Of a stretch of 64,000 nt of DNA, positions 60,634 to 64,000 are shown in pieces (position 1 is the first letter of the stretch; each line of letters begins with the position of its first letter). The notes under the pieces were generated by a model. That model saw only the letters and a program-made list of their open reading frames with translations. It was not told where the DNA came from and did not search any database. The position numbers were made by a program, and so were the translations under genes. Where the stretch lies: contig NC_135811.1 in NCBI RefSeq assembly GCF_964213995.1, positions 97,092,001 through 97,156,000 on the forward strand, given 5' to 3'. This DNA is from Mustelus asterias (Eukaryota).

Positions 60634-60926
60634 AAAGTTTATTAGTGTCACAAGTAGGCTTACATTAACACTGCAATGAAGTTATTGTGAAAATCCCCTA
60701 GTCGCCACACTTCAGCACCTGTTTGGGTACACTAATGGATAATTTAGCATGGCCAATGCCCCTAACCAGCACGTCTTTTGGACTGTGGGAAGAAACTAGA
60801 GCACCCGGAGGAAACCCACGCAGATACGGATAGAATATGCAAACTTCGCACAGTGACCCAAACTGGGAGTCGAACGCGGGTCCCTGACGCTGTGAGGCAG
60901 CAATGCTAACCACTGAGCCACCGTGC
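60634..60926 (-). mobile_element. tRNA-derived SINE, tail type B
   Basis: Reverse-complement SINE. Confidence 0.8.
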
Positions 60927-61529
60927 GATTCAGAACTGTAAAATTTCACAAGGACTGGCTGTAGGTGGTCTCCATTCTTGTTTATAAACACACATATCAC
61001 TGTCAACAGTGCTACATCCTATCTGCATAAAATCTATTCCTGTGCGAGAGGGAGGCTCTTACATTTTTGTATAGGAATGGTTTTAGCTTTCAAGACATAC
61101 AAGAAAATATAAGTTGATTAAGGTGAGGATTGTTTATGCAAGGAAATGGTACCCAGTCTGTTACCAGCGTTACCTGGCCATGATTAGCAGTTGGATGCAA
61201 AACATAAAGATCTTTCCATTCTATCCCAGTAATATACCTCAGTGCCAATCTTGGAAGAACATCTCCTTTTGAACAGTGTTTTTGTTTAATCTTCCATTTT
61301 GCTTTTTTTATGTACAGTTACATATTTCCTCATTAAGTTGGCAGTTTAAGTGCCAAAGAAAGGAAGATAATTTAGCTGATGTACTATGGCACAATAGGTC
61401 TACACTTTCTCATTTGTCACCAAACCAAAAAAAAAATTCATTTCTAAAAGTAAATCGTGCATAATTTATGCCTTGGTTTCAAGAATCAAAAGATAATTTT
61501 TTTCAAGTGTTGCTTTCTTTGTATTCCAG

Positions 61530-61721
61530 GTGGCTCTGCTACTGCCATGTCCCTCAAAGTTGTGACAGTCTTCCCCGATATGAAACCACGCAGGTCTTTG
61601 GGAGGACGTTGCTTCGGTCTATCTTCACAGTCACTCGACGACAGCTACTTGAGAAGTTCAGGGTGGAGAAAGACAAGCTGATGCCAGAAAAACGAACGCT
61701 CATCCTCACCCACTTCCCAAA
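61530..61721 (+). CDS. KAT2A: KAT2A exon 6
   Basis: cag|WLCYCHVPQSCDSLPRYETTQVFGRTLLRSIFTVTRRQLLEKFRVEKDKLMPEKRTLILTHFP(K)|gtaag. Confidence 0.95.
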
Positions 61722-62150
61722 GTAAGAGGTTAATTGCTTCCAATTTGGTGCAATATTTTCTTTGGGGCATTGGAAAAAGCGCAGAAATTGAGACCGTTGC
61801 CATAGAAAACGATTTTTTCCTTGGCATAGCTTTAGAAACTGTTCCCTCTCCTTCTTCCCCAATCCCAAATCTCCAGGATATGCATGGGCAAACCATGATT
61901 GGAAAGTGTTTTCAAATGCTGCATCCTGTCAACTGTACCAGTAACCTCAACTACTGCTCAAACCATACACCCCCATCATTCACCTATCAACGCTTTCCCT
62001 GTCAGGTTTGGTGCACTTAGTACTGCTGCAAATCTCACACCTACAGCTATTCTGCAATGGGGCTGGTACATACTCCAGGTTTGATTCAGACATTGGGAAT
62101 ATTTCTAAGATGTATGGCAGAACTAAGGAGATGTGGATTACATAACATTA

Positions 62151-62501
62151 TGTAATGACTCTGTCTACACTTCCTGCTGCCTCGGCAAAGCAGCCAGCAT
62201 AATTAAGGACCCCACGCACCTCAGACCTCCCACCTTCTTCCGTGGGGAAAAAGATACAGAAATCTGAGGTCATGTACCAATCGACTCGAGAACAGCTTCT
62301 TCCCTGCTGCTGTCAGACTTTTGAATGGATTTACCTTGCATTAAGTTGATCTTTCTCTACACCCTAGCTATGACTGTAACACTACATTCTGCACTCTCTC
62401 CTTTCCTTCTCTATGAACGGTATGTTTTGTCTGTATAGCAAGCAAGAAACAATACTTTTCACTGTATACTAATTCATGTGACAATGACAAATCAAATCAA
62501 A
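62151..62501 (+). mobile_element. Rex1/Babar-type LINE 3' end with (CAAAT)n tail
   Basis: Reverse complement of the element at 8015-8370. Confidence 0.75.
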
Positions 62502-62932
62502 TGTTCCTAATCTCCCTTGAACTAGTTGTAAGAGAAAATCTCCTCCAGTGGGGAATCCGTGCAACCTGATCTACCCTACAAGGTTAAGCTCAATTCAAAG
62601 AGGAACGTATAATACAATTTCTGGAAAGTTTAACAATTCATCCCAATCATCCAACTAGCTTAGAAATCTTTATCTTAAAGTTACTTGTATTTTTCATGGC
62701 CTTATCCTGAAAAACAACTGTTTAAATGCACTTAGAATCTTAACCTTTTGGTCCCTCTGATAGTTCTGTAATGTAACTGGCATTTGCAACCTTTGTTAGG
62801 GTTCTGATATTAAACTATCTTTTAAGACATTTCAACAACAATTGTTTTTTTTTGATTAACAATCTTTCCAATATAGTAATTTTAGTTTGCACTATTTGTC
62901 CTGTCAACTCAGTTTTGTTTATTTTCTTGCAG

Positions 62933-63039
62933 ATTTTTATCTATGCTGGAGGAAGAGATTTATGGCCAGAGTTCTCCAATTTGGGATTCTGATTTCACTT
63001 TGTCTGCTGCGGAAGGAGTGCAACTGGGACAACAGCCAG
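62933..63039 (+). CDS. KAT2A: KAT2A exon 7 (gene continues beyond the window)
   Basis: cag|FLSMLEEEIYGQSSPIWDSDFTLSAAEGVQLGQQP|gtacc; phase consistent with exon 6. Confidence 0.92.
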
Positions 63040-64000
63040 GTACCTGTCTCTAGAATCAATAGTTGCCGCAGATGTGCTCTCTCTCTGTCAGGCATCAGAA
63101 GATTCAGTGGAGAGCCCCAGCAGTGAAAGTTTGTCTGCTTGCCCTGCATTCTTTGTGAAATAAGTAGAAGCAGCTGGTGAGTTAGGCAAAAAGCTATCCC
63201 TAATTCAGAACTAACTGGTAGTCATGTTCAGTGATGCCACGCAATAGCTGGTGTTTGAGATGCAAAACCCTGTTTGCTAGTGAGAGAGGGTGCTTTTCCA
63301 AGGGTGATACTGAGAAATATTGATTCAGAATAACAAGAACTATAAAAGTGCATCTTGTAACTTTGCGAGTCCTGGTGTTGACTCTGTAAACCCAGTGTGA
63401 AAAGTCTTCATTACCCAGCACTATTTTTAGAAATTTGTTCATGGATTGTGGGCATTGCTTGCAAGGCTAGCATTGTTTACCATCCCTAATTGCCCTTGAG
63501 GTGGTAGTGGTGATTTGCCTTTGTGAACCATTGCCATTCATCTGGTACAGTGCACTCATAGTACTGCTGGGAAGGAAGTTCCAGGATTTTAATCCCATGA
63601 CAATGAAGGAACAGCGATTTAGTTCCAAGTTGGGATGATGTGTTGTACCTTGAAGGGGAAATTTATGTGGTGATGTTCCCATGCATCTGTTGCCCTTGTT
63701 CTAAGGGTTTAGAAGGTGCTGTCAAAAGAGCCTTGTTGAGTTGCTGGAGTGCCTCTTGTATATGGTATATATTGCTGCCTCTGTGCGCCAATGGCGCGTG
63801 GTGTAAATGTTTAAGATGGTGGATTGAGTGCCAATCAAGTGGGCTGCATTGTCCTGGATGGTGTCAAACTTGGGTGTTGTTGGAGCTGTACGCACGCAGG
63901 CAAGTGGAGTGCATTTCATTGCATTTCTCACTTGTACCTTGTTGATGGTGGGCAAGTTTTGGGGATTTGGGAGATGAGTTACTCGCTGCAAAATTCCCAG

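Noticed and set aside
1-64000. CRISPR arrays, operons or prokaryotic defence systems
   Set aside because: The sequence is clearly vertebrate (spliceosomal introns, SINEs and LINEs), and no regularly spaced repeat-spacer array is present.

Overview
This is vertebrate genomic DNA, most likely from a shark or other cartilaginous fish, judging by the HE1/V-SINE-type tRNA SINEs, CR1 and Rex1-type LINEs and Penelope-like elements (PLEs). The left part (0.5-27 kb) is a cluster of five intact, intronless, near-identical small heat-shock genes (hsp30/HSPB9-like) plus one truncated remnant; each intact copy has a TATA box and HSF1 heat-shock elements. The middle holds a three-exon RPL41 gene on the minus strand (25 aa, coding exons of 12, 23 and 43 nt spread over 7 kb) that is absent from the ORF track. 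RPL41 shares a ~400-bp bidirectional promoter (NRF1, ZNF143 and RFX motifs) with KAT2A/GCN5, whose coding exons 1-7 occupy 42.9-63 kb. The PLE copies carry seven minimal type I hammerhead ribozyme motifs with covarying stems, long inverted repeats and 12-13-bp target-site duplications; one motif is sense-oriented in KAT2A intron 1. Coordinates were read by eye: exon boundaries were checked base by base, while repeat boundaries are approximate.
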